The notes: generated from the letters alone by a model not told the origin. Numbered from the stretch's first letter, positions 1 through 11,769 are shown. The stretch: 64,000 nucleotides of DNA from an uncultured delta proteobacterium (GCA_963847445.1 CAWJZV010000030.1:480001-544000), one strand, 5' to 3'. Numbers and translations are program-made.

Positions 1-111
1 TATCAATGGGTCTCGATAATCCGGAATAATCTTGATTTTCAAGATCGGTTCGGGGATCTGCTGCTCGACGAGATTTTTCGCTTGGTTGATGAGCGTCCAA
101 TCAATATCCAT
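1..111 (-). CDS. N-terminus of a hypothetical protein running off the window edge (MDIDWTLINQAKNLVEQQIPEPILK...)
   Basis: Manual translation of an open frame from ATG at 111 to the window edge; co-oriented with the operon; no recognisable motif. Confidence 0.4.
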   Translation of the reverse strand, partial: MDIDWTLINQAKNLVEQQIPEPILKIKIIPDYRDPLI

Positions 112-241
112 CCGCACCAACTCTCTTTGAGACTGATCTGTTGATCTCGAATATTTACGGTTCGCCACAGACCGGCGCAAAACCATCTCCCATTATGATT
201 CGCGCATCACAGGGGCGCATGAGGCGTCAATTAAACCGCGA

Positions 242-1171
242 CTATACCCAACTATCATCTTGCGCGTAGCCGAATTCAATTAAAAGATCTCCGGCTTCTT
301 GAGCAAAGACACGTCGATCTTCGGCGCTCAACTTGTTGCGCCAGGCGTCCTTGCGTCCACTGGTGACGACCATCGTCGAAACAATATTATCCTCTAATTC
401 AAAAAATCGCAGCGCTTGCCGCAACATTCGTTGAGAATTCTCAACGACATCTTCATAGCGAATCTCCTGATAATCGATAGCAGATGCACGAGCTGCTTTT
501 CTGCCGTCCATGATAAGCCTTTTCCACCTGCGGGCAGCTGCTCGGACCGTCTTCGGACCCCACGATAGCGATAAATTTGAAACCGCGACGTCTCGACCGT
601 CTCTAACGATATGTATGCACTTGCTGTGCGGGAAAAGCTTTGGCAGAGTGTCTAGATAGGTCAGCAGCCCGGGAGTCTTGTTTATCCAATTGGGCTTATT
701 CATGCGGGCGCAATGGATTGCGAAAAGCCGATCAACGTACAGTCGTGCAGAACTATAGACCTCTTCGGGTTCTACACGCCCCATGCGCAATGGAGCTAAC
801 CAATCTTCGGTTTCCTTGACCAGCTCATCCAAGCGGTAATGAATGCAATAACTTTCACCGAATGGAAATGACTCGTAACGTTGCTTAAGGCCATTTCCCT
901 CGTCTGGAACAATGCTATAGCGAACTGCCTTCCGTTCATAGGTATTGCAGGTTCTTTGAAAAGACGCACGCACTAGCGGTTCGCAGGCGAGCCGGGCCAT
1001 TCGCCGAGAGATCCCATCGCCATAATACCAAGAAGCCGACCGACACAGCACCAACAAGTTTCTTAAAAACCGTGTTTCATAGAGCGGTGCGATCAATGGA
1101 TGCTGCCCCAAGAGATTAATCAGCAACGTGGTTCCCGATCTTGGAACCCCGACTATGAACCCGGGTTTCAT
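242..1171 (-). CDS. Sulfotransferase (PAPS-dependent, Sulfotransfer_3-like)
   Basis: 5'-PSB motif FIVGVPRSGTTLL, NKTP, 3'-PB motif IHIVRDGRDVAVS, IRYED. Confidence 0.9.
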   Translation of the reverse strand: MKPGFIVGVPRSGTTLLINLLGQHPLIAPLYETRFLRNLLVLCRSASWYYGDGISRRMARLACEPLVRASFQRTCNTYERKAVRYSIVPDEGNGLKQRYESFPFGESYCIHYRLDELVKETEDWLAPLRMGRVEPEEVYSSARLYVDRLFAIHCARMNKPNWINKTPGLLTYLDTLPKLFPHSKCIHIVRDGRDVAVSNLSLSWGPKTVRAAARRWKRLIMDGRKAARASAIDYQEIRYEDVVENSQRMLRQALRFFELEDNIVSTMVVTSGRKDAWRNKLSAEDRRVFAQEAGDLLIEFGYAQDDSWV

Positions 1172-1323
1172 TTCCTCGTAGTCCTGTGGCGTCAGTTAAA
1201 ATAATCACTGCCGCAGCGCCGCTCAAGAAACCCGACAGCTCTGGCGAATTCGCGCCGTTACGGAACGGTCGCTCGTGAGATGCAAAGGAGATACCGCGAT
1301 ACACCAACCAAAGTTAATTACCG

Positions 1324-2100
1324 CTAAGAGTCTCGTAAGCCATTGCGATTCGGGTATGGCAGGGCTCGAGCGACAAACTGATATGCAAGTAAAGTTTTCC
1401 AAAGTCTAACCATAGCGAAATGTATTTCGTGAATTGGCGCAACATGGGGACTCCGCGTCCACGGCAGAACCAGTTGCACTGGCAACGGCGTTGGCACAAC
1501 GTCGACAACGCGACAAGCAGCGTTTTGTAACAGTGCCTTGAAACTCGACAACGTATAAAAGCGCAGATGGGTTCGATCCAAGATCCCTCGATCTTGGTAA
1601 TCAAATTTACCGAACAGCAACATGATCCGAATCAATAAATTTGCAATGTTCGGAACCGAAATAATAACCTGGCCTGTCGAATTTAGGCAGGTTAGAGAGC
1701 GTCCTAAGACCACCTCCGGCTCGCGCAAATGTTCTAAGACATCGGCAAAAATAATAAAATCGAATTCCGCCTCGAACGGGAAGTCAAAGGTTTCGAGATT
1801 GGCAAGATAAAACCTAGCATAATACGGCTGGGCGCCCTTTGCCAAGAATTCGTCTTTTTCAACCCCAACCACGTAATGCCCTCGTTGCCTGAGGACCGCC
1901 CCCAAGTATCCATCTGCGGTTCCCACGTCCAAAATTCTTAGCGGGCGTTGTAAATCATCTAAAAATTTCAATATCCAGTAGTGACTACTGTACTTAAAAC
2001 TTTTTAACCGGTAGTTGAATTCTTGGGCTTTTGCCTCGTCCCTCACTCCGCCCTCCGGTATCGGGCGGGAAAACATTCGAATTGTTTCTGCGCGATCCAA
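1324..2100 (-). CDS. Class I SAM-dependent methyltransferase (glycan-associated); start uncertain
   Basis: ILDVGTADG motif I, FDFIIFADVLEHL, ISVPN, GILDRTHLRFYT. Confidence 0.85.
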   Translation of the reverse strand: MDRAETIRMFSRPIPEGGVRDEAKAQEFNYRLKSFKYSSHYWILKFLDDLQRPLRILDVGTADGYLGAVLRQRGHYVVGVEKDEFLAKGAQPYYARFYLANLETFDFPFEAEFDFIIFADVLEHLREPEVVLGRSLTCLNSTGQVIISVPNIANLLIRIMLLFGKFDYQDRGILDRTHLRFYTLSSFKALLQNAACRVVDVVPTPLPVQLVLPWTRSPHVAPIHEIHFAMVRLWKTLLAYQFVARALPYPNRNGLRDS

Positions 2101-2819
2101 GAGGAGCGATGCAGTATATACCGTAAAAGCACGACCAGAATGCTCACACCGTAGACCACGCTGGCGCTAAAACTAGCACTCGAAGCTTCGGCAAAATAGC
2201 GCGTCGGCACGGGCACCTCTTTGATGCGAAATCCCAGGTGAACCGCTTGGACTAACATTTCCTGGTCGAAAACAAAGTTATCCGAATTCAACAGGAACGG
2301 CACTTCTTCCAAAACCCGCCGGGAGAAAGCCCGATATCCAGTGTGATACTCGGCAAGCGTCTGATGGAGCACTTGGTTCTGAATACCGGTCAGGAAGCGA
2401 TTGCCGAGGAATTTCCACCAAGGCATTCCTTGTTTAACCACGTCGCCGCCGAGCAGGCGCGAACCAAGGACCACGTCGGCGTCACCGTTCTTGATCGGCG
2501 CAATCAGATTGGGCAACAATGACGGATCGTATTGATAGTCGGGATGAAGCATGACGACGATATCCGCGCCGGCCTTCACGGCCTCGGTATAGCAGGTTTT
2601 CTGGTTGCCGCCGTAGCCAAAATTGCGCGTGTGAACGAACACCTCCAAATGGAGTTCTTTAGCAATCGTGAGGGTCTCGTCCCGGCTGCCGTCGTCGACT
2701 AGGATCACTTGATACACGTCCTCCATGGGAATGGCGTCGTAGGTGATTCGTAATGTCTTGGCGGCATTGTAGGCCGGCATGACTACGATCACTTTCGGCT
2801 TGTCCGGAGCAACTGCCAT
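2043..2819 (-). CDS. Glycosyltransferase family 2 (DPM1-like)
   Basis: VVMPAYNA, LVDDGSRD, NFGYGGNQK, HPDYQYDP, GYRAF. Confidence 0.9.
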   Translation of the reverse strand: MAVAPDKPKVIVVMPAYNAAKTLRITYDAIPMEDVYQVILVDDGSRDETLTIAKELHLEVFVHTRNFGYGGNQKTCYTEAVKAGADIVVMLHPDYQYDPSLLPNLIAPIKNGDADVVLGSRLLGGDVVKQGMPWWKFLGNRFLTGIQNQVLHQTLAEYHTGYRAFSRRVLEEVPFLLNSDNFVFDQEMLVQAVHLGFRIKEVPVPTRYFAEASSASFSASVVYGVSILVVLLRYILHRSSWIAQKQFECFPARYRRAE

Positions 2820-2833
2820 GGAGTTTCAGATAA

Positions 2834-3718
2834 CTAATTGCGTAGTAACGCTGGGGCGCAAACTCGTTGCCGCGACTTGACGGCGTCCAAGCGATTCGAC
2901 TCTCGGACCACCTTTTCGATGATCCTGCGCCGCAACTGAGGGCTGGCGTAATCTCGACCTAGATAGCTCCGTAGGACGAACATTTTCTGAACGTCGCTTA
3001 AATACCTGCCGAGAGTACGATTCAGTTGAACCAAATTCTTGATCCGGCGGTTTTCGGATAAGACGCGAAACTGGCGCACACCCTCGAGATCGAGCAAATA
3101 CAAGGCGATCCTCTCGCTACCGATTGACATTGCCGCGAGAATATTAGCGTCCTTCAGGTCGTTATGGTAGACGCCCTGACTGTGCAGCGCGTGAAACAGC
3201 GATCCCAGGGTAGTCAGAAATGCGCGGCGGCACCTGACTCCCGCCTGAGTCGGCTGGCAACTCAGGGTTTCCCGCCATAGGGAGTCCACGGTCACGCCTC
3301 CTCGGATCTCTTCGGAAAGAAAGAAACTCCGGGTGACCGCGCCCCATATCCGTTCTTCGACGGCAGCGATCGGTTTTGCCGTTGCGATGCCATTACGTTT
3401 CAAAATAGCTGCACCGCGCAGTGATTTTATCCCACCCGAAGGGCTAAATATCGATGCTAAACGATGACGCAGCGAAAATGTATTGTAACGTTTGACATAA
3501 ATACACCGCCGCGCGCCGCCAAGGTCGAGCGTCACTCTCGCCACCTTGATCTTGCGTTGATCTTTGATGACTTCACAGCCGGGATGATCGAAAAGCTCAT
3601 CGGGATTTTTTAACAGCGCCACCACGGCAGGATCGGCATAATTAGGATCGAGCCAGATCTGACATCCCCGAGAGCGATGTAAAACAAATTCAGGATACAC
3701 GGATGGCGGCCGGCCCAT
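2834..3718 (-). CDS. Lipopolysaccharide kinase, Kdo/WaaP/InaA family
   Basis: YVKRY, catalytic loop YHNDLKDANIL, LLDLEG, KNLVQLNR; start moved to ATG at 3718. Confidence 0.85.
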   Translation of the reverse strand: MGRPPSVYPEFVLHRSRGCQIWLDPNYADPAVVALLKNPDELFDHPGCEVIKDQRKIKVARVTLDLGGARRCIYVKRYNTFSLRHRLASIFSPSGGIKSLRGAAILKRNGIATAKPIAAVEERIWGAVTRSFFLSEEIRGGVTVDSLWRETLSCQPTQAGVRCRRAFLTTLGSLFHALHSQGVYHNDLKDANILAAMSIGSERIALYLLDLEGVRQFRVLSENRRIKNLVQLNRTLGRYLSDVQKMFVLRSYLGRDYASPQLRRRIIEKVVRESNRLDAVKSRQRVCAPALLRN

Positions 3719-4845
3719 GACAAACTTCGTTGAGGACGGCTTCAAGCCGTTGGAAATGGCTATTCCACGAGTACTGTTCTCCGAGCTGTCGTGCCGCATT
3801 GCGAAATTCCGGCTTCGACGCACTGTTCGAGCATGCTCGACAGCCGCGTTTCGAGTTGCATAGAATCGCCGGCATCTTCGACGACTCCTTGCCTCAAGCA
3901 GCCGGTCAATAAGGCGCCGGCGCCAACCTCCCGGCTGACCACTACCGGCACACCGGAAGCGAGAGACTCGAGCACGACATTGCCGAACGCCTCCTGTAAC
4001 GCCGGCAAGGCAACCAGATCCGCCATGGCGTAATAATTCTCGATGTCATCCTGGCGGCCGACAAAAAGAATACGATCTCCTGCGACCGACTTAGCCCAAT
4101 TTTGGTAGTGGCCCATGCGCCCATCGTCCCCGACAACCATCAAGTAGGCCTGGCTCAAGGGTGGGCGATGCCAAATCGCGATGAGACGGTCCAATCCCTT
4201 GCGCGAAAATCCGCTGCCGACGAACAAAACCAATCGCGCCTGGTTGGGAACTTTCCAGCGCGCGCGCAGGTTGGCGCCGACCTTCGCGCGCCGAGACGGA
4301 TGAAAGCGCTGCTGGTCGACGCCATTGTAGAGAACGGCAATTTTGTCCTTCTTGACCCGGTAATTCGACGCGATGTCGCACTTGACCTCGTCGGACACTG
4401 CGATCACCTTCTTGAAGTGCCCGTCGGAAAACTGTTTTTTCTCTATCCGCAAGAGACTTTGGTGATAGAAACTCAGACGTTGCCAGAGCCGCCGCCATAC
4501 CCCCCGTTGTTGCTCCATTCGCAGCAGGAAGCCACGATGGGTACCGCCGCCGCTGCGGAGGATATCCTGGGACAAAAGGCGCCCGAAGCTGACAACGAGA
4601 TCGCATCGGTGATTCTTGATAATTCTCGGAGCGAGCAGGGCAAAGCTCCACAATCGCCACGTTCGTCCCAATCGAAGCACTGGAATAGTATGGCCGATTG
4701 TGCCGCGCGGCGCCGCCACGCCATACTCACTGCAAAATAAATGCACCTGATGGCCGAGATCACGCAACCCCTCAGCAGTCTGATAGAGATCCCTTTCGGT
4801 GCCGCCGTTGAGATCAAGCCGTTTATGCACAAGTGCGATTTTCAA
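3690..4845 (-). CDS. Glycosyltransferase family 4 (WaaG/RfaG-like); one indel near the C-terminus
   Basis: GGTER, FVGSGFSRKG, EAFGNVVLESLASG; C-terminus AARQLGEQYSWNSHF lies in ORF 3690..3875. Confidence 0.85.
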
Positions 4846-5570
4846 ACTTGAGTTTTCCTGGCTTTAACGACGATATTGTCCGACAACAAAAGCGCAGGAT
4901 GAAAAAGGAAGGATAGGATTTGCCAATTGTAGCGCCGCTGCACAGGGTCTTTCTCGGCGCGAATCACCGTGATGAAACTAAAGAGCCACATGAACGGCCA
5001 AAACAATATCGTAAAAAGCCGCGCGGCAAATTTTACCCGCGTTTTGGAAAGCCCGGCAACTTCGAACCCATAATGAAACAGCAGGTAATAGAGCTCGTAG
5101 AAATGCAACAAATAGATATTCGGAGCTTGACCCGGCTTGCTCGAATAGTGCGCCGGTCGAACCCGGCCGCGCAAAAACCCGGTGAACAAAAACCGCACTC
5201 GCGACATCAGATTAAGCACGTTGGGCGTGCTGATGAGCACTACCCCGCCCGGCTTGAGGACCCTGGCCAGTTCGCGAATCAGTTGGGGCTGATTTTCGAT
5301 ATGCTCTATCACTTCGACCAAATCTACGGCGTCAAAACTTGCCGTGCGAAACGGCAAGAACGCATTGAGGTCGACCCCAGCGACACGCTCGATTCCCGGC
5401 GTCATTGCGGGGGGCGGAGAATAATCGGTGGCAACTACATCATAGCCAAGCCGAGCCAACATTTCAGCGCTATCGCCGCCACCGCAGCTCAAATCCAACA
5501 TTCTCTTTCCAACCGGGTCCTCCGTAGACCACGCCGAAGATATTGCGTCGAAAATAGCGTTGTTAGGCAT
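4842..5570 (-). CDS. SAM-dependent methyltransferase (type 11)
   Basis: LDLSCGGG, LPFRTASFDAV, EVIEHIEN, RVLKPGG, STPN. Confidence 0.85.
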   Translation of the reverse strand: MPNNAIFDAISSAWSTEDPVGKRMLDLSCGGGDSAEMLARLGYDVVATDYSPPPAMTPGIERVAGVDLNAFLPFRTASFDAVDLVEVIEHIENQPQLIRELARVLKPGGVVLISTPNVLNLMSRVRFLFTGFLRGRVRPAHYSSKPGQAPNIYLLHFYELYYLLFHYGFEVAGLSKTRVKFAARLFTILFWPFMWLFSFITVIRAEKDPVQRRYNWQILSFLFHPALLLSDNIVVKARKTQV

Positions 5571-5675
5571 TTTCCAGCTGCTCGGGTCCTTGCTATCAGG
5601 ACAGAGGTAAAGTTACTTTCTCATTCTCCATGGTAGTCCGTAGTTCGATGATCGTTCAGCCCTGGGGAACGATAT

Positions 5676-6554
5676 CTAGCCGTTTCGCGCGCTAGTCCTG
5701 TCCGGAACCCAGCACATCAGCTTGCGGAAACTTCCGTTCGGATCTATGCCATCACATTCGTTACGGCGCTGACGTGTGCGCGCCTCAAGCCAGCGGGCGA
5801 ACCGACAATCTTGTGTCGTCAACTTCACCACGCCGAGATAGGCGTGTAAGAAACGCAGGCGATCTTGCAGGGTGATATGCGCCAAGGGCAATCGGTTGAG
5901 CTGCACCAAGTTGCGCTTCCTTAACTTACCGGTCAGCCATGGCGGATAGAGCCGGGTGCGGTCGTTATCCATGAGGTAGAAATTCGGGAAATCTGCACTC
6001 CACCCCGAAATGAATATATTCGTCGCTACCAGATCGCCATGCACGAAACCCAGGTCGTGGAAACGGCGCACCATCTGCCCGAGTTGCACCAGAGCGCTGC
6101 GTTTTCTTTTGACCTGAGCACAATTATCACGGGAATAAGTCAAGCCGGACAAGAAAACTGGCGCTGGCTGACCGTCGATTTTTTCTGTCAGCACGAGGGA
6201 CGACTCAGCCAAGCCCCAATGACGCCTTTCGCCAAACAGGACGGTGAGCGGCACAGCAAATCCGGCGGCATTGAGTGCCAAACCCTGTTGCCAGAACCGG
6301 CGCGCCTTGGTTGGGCGCAGCAGATCTTTAACCATCGTCAGGCCAGGGCGGCGATGAAAAACTTTCAAGAAATAATGACTCTTGTTGGTATCCGGCGGCC
6401 AAGTGAATGGCAGAGTTTGCGGATGTTTGGAATATGGCTGGCGGTCGACGATGGCGGCGAGCCTCTCTAACATCTGGGCGTCTGCTATGTCCCTCAACAC
6501 CCAGAAGTCCCAGTTACCGGACCGGAGGGCTCCGTAGTCAGCCACACTCGGCAT
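5676..6554 (-). CDS. Lipopolysaccharide kinase, Kdo/WaaP/InaA family
   Basis: YFLKVF, FVHGDLVATNI, LMDNDR, RNLVQLNR. Confidence 0.85.
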   Translation of the reverse strand: MPSVADYGALRSGNWDFWVLRDIADAQMLERLAAIVDRQPYSKHPQTLPFTWPPDTNKSHYFLKVFHRRPGLTMVKDLLRPTKARRFWQQGLALNAAGFAVPLTVLFGERRHWGLAESSLVLTEKIDGQPAPVFLSGLTYSRDNCAQVKRKRSALVQLGQMVRRFHDLGFVHGDLVATNIFISGWSADFPNFYLMDNDRTRLYPPWLTGKLRKRNLVQLNRLPLAHITLQDRLRFLHAYLGVVKLTTQDCRFARWLEARTRQRRNECDGIDPNGSFRKLMCWVPDRTSARNG

Positions 6555-7596
6555 GTTTTACTACTTCCGCAATACCGCCGTTAAAAACTCGCTTAAGCTT
6601 CGCGGCGATTTCATCCGTGCCAATCGACCGCATACACTGCCGGCCAATTCGGCAGTGTTTGCGATAACATGGGCTGCAAGGGGCCTCGCCTTTGATCGCC
6701 AAGCTGGCGAAACCGTAAGGCCCAGTTCTCGCCGGATCGGTTGCTCCCCATAACGAGATCACCGGGACAGTCAGCGCCGCGGCGATATGCATCAGCCCGG
6801 TGTCGGGTCCCACCGCCACTTTTGCCCTGGCGATGATCCCGATCGCCTCACGTAACGAAGTGCTACCGGCCAAATTGACTACGCCCGGCTCGCTCAATGC
6901 TAAAGACTGCTCGGCTAACTGCCGGTCATTGACACCACCAAGCAAGACCACCCCAAGCCGGTGGTCGCGCCGCAGCAGATTGGCGCAAGCGGCGATTTGA
7001 TCGGCGAACCAATTTTTGCTCTCCCAACGAGTGCCGACAAACAAAACCGCGAATGGCGATTCGATGTCTTTGAGATGGCCATCAACCGCATGTCGTTCGG
7101 CCTCAGTCAAGGCGAAATCCCAGCGCAGTGGCGTGAGCGCCAGCCCAAGAAATGCGGCGAACTTGAGGTAATGATCGAGCTTGGCGATGTTATTGCCGCA
7201 GGGTTCAATGAACAAATTATTGAACAGCCAATTACACTCCTTGGCGTCAGTGCGGTGAAATCCCAAGCGGTGCGGCGCACCACTGAAGCGGCTGATGACA
7301 CCGCTCTTAAGATGGCGCTGCAAGTCCAGCACCAGATCGAAGTTGTGGCGGCGAATTTGTTTGAGAAAAGCGCCAAAGCTCTTCCACCAGCGGCGCCGGT
7401 CGAACAGGATCACTGCGTCGATCGCCGAGTTGCCTTCAAGCAGCGGCGCCGCCGCCGGTTCCACCGACCAGGCAATAAACGCCTTGGGATAACCGGCGCG
7501 CAGCAACCCGGCTAGGGGCAAGGCGCGGGTCACGTCGCCGATCGAGCCATGCAAGACCAGCAGGATACGCTGGGCATCGATTTTAGCTGGAGGCAT
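6538..7596 (-). CDS. ADP-heptose:LPS heptosyltransferase (GT9, WaaC/WaaF family)
   Basis: GSIGDV, LDLQRHLKS, DTGLMHIAAA, WGATDP. Confidence 0.9.
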   Translation of the reverse strand: MPPAKIDAQRILLVLHGSIGDVTRALPLAGLLRAGYPKAFIAWSVEPAAAPLLEGNSAIDAVILFDRRRWWKSFGAFLKQIRRHNFDLVLDLQRHLKSGVISRFSGAPHRLGFHRTDAKECNWLFNNLFIEPCGNNIAKLDHYLKFAAFLGLALTPLRWDFALTEAERHAVDGHLKDIESPFAVLFVGTRWESKNWFADQIAACANLLRRDHRLGVVLLGGVNDRQLAEQSLALSEPGVVNLAGSTSLREAIGIIARAKVAVGPDTGLMHIAAALTVPVISLWGATDPARTGPYGFASLAIKGEAPCSPCYRKHCRIGRQCMRSIGTDEIAAKLKRVFNGGIAEVVKHAECG

Positions 7597-8352
7597 TGTA
7601 ATACTCTAGGAAACCGTCCCAGGCTCCTCGCGGGAAGTATTGCCGTTGCGGATCGAGTTTGCCGATCGATCTCGACAAGCGCTGGAGATTATTTTGGGCC
7701 AGCGGCACGGGTAGTTGCCCCAAGAACAAAATCGCTTTATCGAAATCGATGACATGACTCTCCACGCCCGCGGCGGTCGAACGGACCAGAATATTTTTGA
7801 GGTTGAGATCGTGATGATACACACCCTCGCGATGCATCCGGCGAATCGCCGCCGCAACCGCCTTCAAGACCGCCTCGATGCCGACGCTTTGGCAGAATCC
7901 GCTGTGCAGCGCAGCCCAAAGATCATGGGCGCCTTCCAATTGCCGCGTCACCAACCAGCCGCGGTAGAATCGGTCCGGCGATTTTTCCGACACAAGCGGC
8001 ATAAACCTCCACCGTCGGGAAACCTCTGCGGCGCAGCTCCTCGGTAACAGTCAGCTCGCGAAACGGCCGGGGCGGCCAGGAAAAAAACCATTTGCCGGTA
8101 ATCGAGCGCAACATCCCGCCATGACGATAGCGCCGGAACAATGCCGTGGTGCCATCGGCCAGTTGCACCGAGCGCATGTCGCCGCGCCCATAATAGCCCG
8201 CCACGCGTACCGTATCGCTCGATCTCCAAGCAGGTAGAAAACAAAATTTCCCGCTGTCGATCTGCCCTGACCACCAAGCGATTGCCCTGCGGGTCGGTCA
8301 ACTTTTGAAAACCTTCAGGTATCGCGCCCCAGATCATATTGTCGGAAAACAT
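7583..8352 (-). CDS. kdkA: Kdo kinase, split by two indels
   Basis: Fragments join as GRG...RRYRHGGML...RPFRELT...YRGWLVTR...VYHHDLNLKNIL..IDFDK..NLQRLSRS, all KdkA motifs. Confidence 0.8.
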
Positions 8353-8410
8353 ACCGGCGGGAACAGTTTAGCCTGGAGTGTTCATGCTACCTGGAAACTG
8401 CCACAGACTG

Positions 8411-8635
8411 GCGATCGAGGTGGAACCCTATAGGAGTGAAGGCATCGGCGCCAAATGTTTCATCGTCGTGATCAGCGCGCGGCAAGCGGTTTGACCCTTT
8501 AACGGGTGGTTTCACAGCAGATTCCCTCGTCGCTTCATCAAGGCAGAGCCGCTTTGCCTTCGCTCCTGAAAGGTTTCGTCTCGATCGCGCCTACACCACG
8601 AATAATCCAGGCTAGCAGATGTTACCCTGGCGGTG
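8411..8635 (+). repeat. ~210-nt long-hairpin element, copy 1 (ncRNA or MITE-like)
   Basis: Homologous to 19585-19802; nested inverted repeats GCGATCGAGGTGGAACC/GGTTTCGTCTCGATCGC and GGAGTGAAGGCA/TGCCTTCGCTCC. Confidence 0.75.
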
Positions 8636-8644
8636 ACGGTATAT

Positions 8645-9736
8645 TTAAGCGGCGAGAAATTCCGGTAGAAAGCGTTCGCGATCGCCGCTTGCCTGGCCGG
8701 CTAGGAGTTTTTCCACCGCGGCTAAAACCGTTTGAGCGCGAATCTGGCGAATGCAATTCTCATGGACCAACGGACACCTTCGGCCGCCATGGGAAGTACA
8801 GGGACGGCAACCGAGCTGTTTCTGAATAACGATGGCATTGCCGCTGTACGGATAGAACCCCAGATCTGGCGTGGTCGCACAGAATAGCGCCACCGTCGGC
8901 ACCTTGCGCGCCACGGCGATATGCATCGGACCGCTGTCGTTGGTGACGAAAACCTGGCAGCGCCCGATGGCGGCGGGTAGCTCGCGCAAGCTAAACTTGC
9001 CGGCAAGATCGAGCGCCGCGCCGCCGCAGCGCTCGAACAATCGCTTGACCACCTCGGCATCTTCCGGGGCGCCGAAAAGCAAAACCTGACAATCGAGCTT
9101 TGCCTTGACCAGCCCAATGAACTCGGCGAACCCTTCCAGCCACCAGCGCTTGGTCGGCCATACCGAGCCGGAATTTACGCCGATGGCCGGTTTGCCATCA
9201 ACGACGCCGAATTGCCGAAGTTTATCGGCGACGGCATCGTCGATTTGCCGGCGCGGCGGCAGATCGAGCTCCCTGGCACAATCTTGCACACGCACCCCGA
9301 GGGGCTGCAAAATCGATAAGTTCCGCTCGACATCATGACGAGCGGGATCGCGCTCGGCGCAATGATGAAAGAAAAACCAACCTTTGCTCTGGCGAAAGCC
9401 GATGCGTTGCGGAATGTTCGCTCGATAGAGCATGAAAGCGCTGCGCGCCGACTTATGCGGCGTCAGGGCCACGGTATACCGTTGCTGCCGCAGCATCGCC
9501 GCTTGCGTGGTCAAACCGCGCCAGCCGCGATGCGCTCTTTGCTTGTCATCGACGAGGATCTCGTCGATCGCCGGATGATCCTGCAAGAGTTCTCGACCGA
9601 GCGGGGTGCACATCAGCGACAGTTTTCTGACCGGAAATCTGCTCCTGATTTCGGCGATCAAGGGCAACGTCAGCACCAGGTCGCCGAGAAAGCTCGTCTG
9701 CAACACCAGCGCATTGTCCCAATTCACCGCGAGCAT
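8645..9736 (-). CDS. waaF: LPS heptosyltransferase II (GT9)
   Basis: QTSFLGDLVLT, GSVWPTKRW, NDSGPMHIA, CRPC..HG..CP..H..C. Confidence 0.8.
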   Translation of the reverse strand: MLAVNWDNALVLQTSFLGDLVLTLPLIAEIRSRFPVRKLSLMCTPLGRELLQDHPAIDEILVDDKQRAHRGWRGLTTQAAMLRQQRYTVALTPHKSARSAFMLYRANIPQRIGFRQSKGWFFFHHCAERDPARHDVERNLSILQPLGVRVQDCARELDLPPRRQIDDAVADKLRQFGVVDGKPAIGVNSGSVWPTKRWWLEGFAEFIGLVKAKLDCQVLLFGAPEDAEVVKRLFERCGGAALDLAGKFSLRELPAAIGRCQVFVTNDSGPMHIAVARKVPTVALFCATTPDLGFYPYSGNAIVIQKQLGCRPCTSHGGRRCPLVHENCIRQIRAQTVLAAVEKLLAGQASGDRERFLPEFLAA

Positions 9737-9739
9737 TTT

Positions 9740-9907
9740 TTACATCGGCACCGCCTCGTCGATCAACATCACCGGGATGTCGTCCTTGATCGCGTACATC
9801 AGCCGGCAGGACTGACAAACCAGCCCGTCGCCTTGGTCATTGAGATGGATGTCCCCTTTGCACTTGGGACAGGCGAGAATGTCGAGCAGATCTTTACTGA
9901 TTGCCAT
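9740..9907 (-). CDS. Trm112/YcaR family protein
   Basis: LLDILACPKCKG...C..C...Y.IKDDIPVML. Confidence 0.9.
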   Translation of the reverse strand: MAISKDLLDILACPKCKGDIHLNDQGDGLVCQSCRLMYAIKDDIPVMLIDEAVPM

Positions 9908-9957
9908 GGTTACAGCCTCCAATTTCGCTTGCAAACGCAGATTCGAATGAGCCTAGC

Positions 9958-10821
9958 CTAGCGCAGATACGGCGTGTAGGCGTCCCAGCCGCGCCGGTAA
10001 GCGCGCTGGCTTTGACTGACATCGCGATTGACGAAGAAGCGGTTATACATCGGATGGCGCAGCGATCGCACTTCATGCTCCAGAGAGAACTTGGCACTGC
10101 CATCGACAGGGTCGACGATATTTTTGAAGCGAAATTGATGGTTACGCACATCTTCCGAGATCCCGCCGCGGCTTTGCAAAAATCCGTAGGGAGTGGAAAA
10201 ATTCGCCACATAGATCGCGATATGATGACCGTCGTAGGGTCTGATGGGCCGGTCGGTTTCGCGGAACAACAGCGACTGATGGCGGCCGATCTTGACCCGG
10301 CCGAACTCGCCCTGGCCGTCTGACTCGACGACGGTCGGCGCGCCAAATGCCGTTTGGTAGAAGCGCAAGATCCCCGCCATGGCGCCGCGCGGCACGGCAA
10401 ACTCAACATAAGGCATCCCCGCCGCCATGTCGCCGAACGCCGCCGGTTGGCTGGCGTGGCAGCGGAAGCGATTGCCCCAGGGACAGGTAACGATCATGCA
10501 ATCCCCGTCTGGTTGAAAAGCGAACTGGGTGTCCTTGAGCCCATCGGCGACCGCTTCCAAGCGCTGCGCCAAACCTTCCAAATGCGGCACCACCAGGCCG
10601 ATGTAGCCATCGATCACCTGAGGGCTGCGCGTCGGCAAGTGAAATTGTTGCTCGCCGATGTTGGCCCACATGTTGTTGAGGCCGACGTTGAGATACGGAT
10701 CGCGGGTGCAACCCAAGCCGACGACATAGAATAACGTCGCCAAGCTCTGATCGGGAATCTGCACGTTGACATGTTCGAGGGAAATGATATTGCCGACATC
10801 CTCTTCGCTATAGTCGCCCAT
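9958..10821 (-). CDS. VOC/glyoxalase-like protein
   Basis: LEHVNVQIPD..LATLFY..GLG, QFHLP, YDGHHIAIY; two beta-alpha-beta-beta-beta type repeats. Confidence 0.6.
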   Translation of the reverse strand: MGDYSEEDVGNIISLEHVNVQIPDQSLATLFYVVGLGCTRDPYLNVGLNNMWANIGEQQFHLPTRSPQVIDGYIGLVVPHLEGLAQRLEAVADGLKDTQFAFQPDGDCMIVTCPWGNRFRCHASQPAAFGDMAAGMPYVEFAVPRGAMAGILRFYQTAFGAPTVVESDGQGEFGRVKIGRHQSLLFRETDRPIRPYDGHHIAIYVANFSTPYGFLQSRGGISEDVRNHQFRFKNIVDPVDGSAKFSLEHEVRSLRHPMYNRFFVNRDVSQSQRAYRRGWDAYTPYLR

Positions 10822-10824
10822 GGT

Positions 10825-11769
<945 letters not shown>

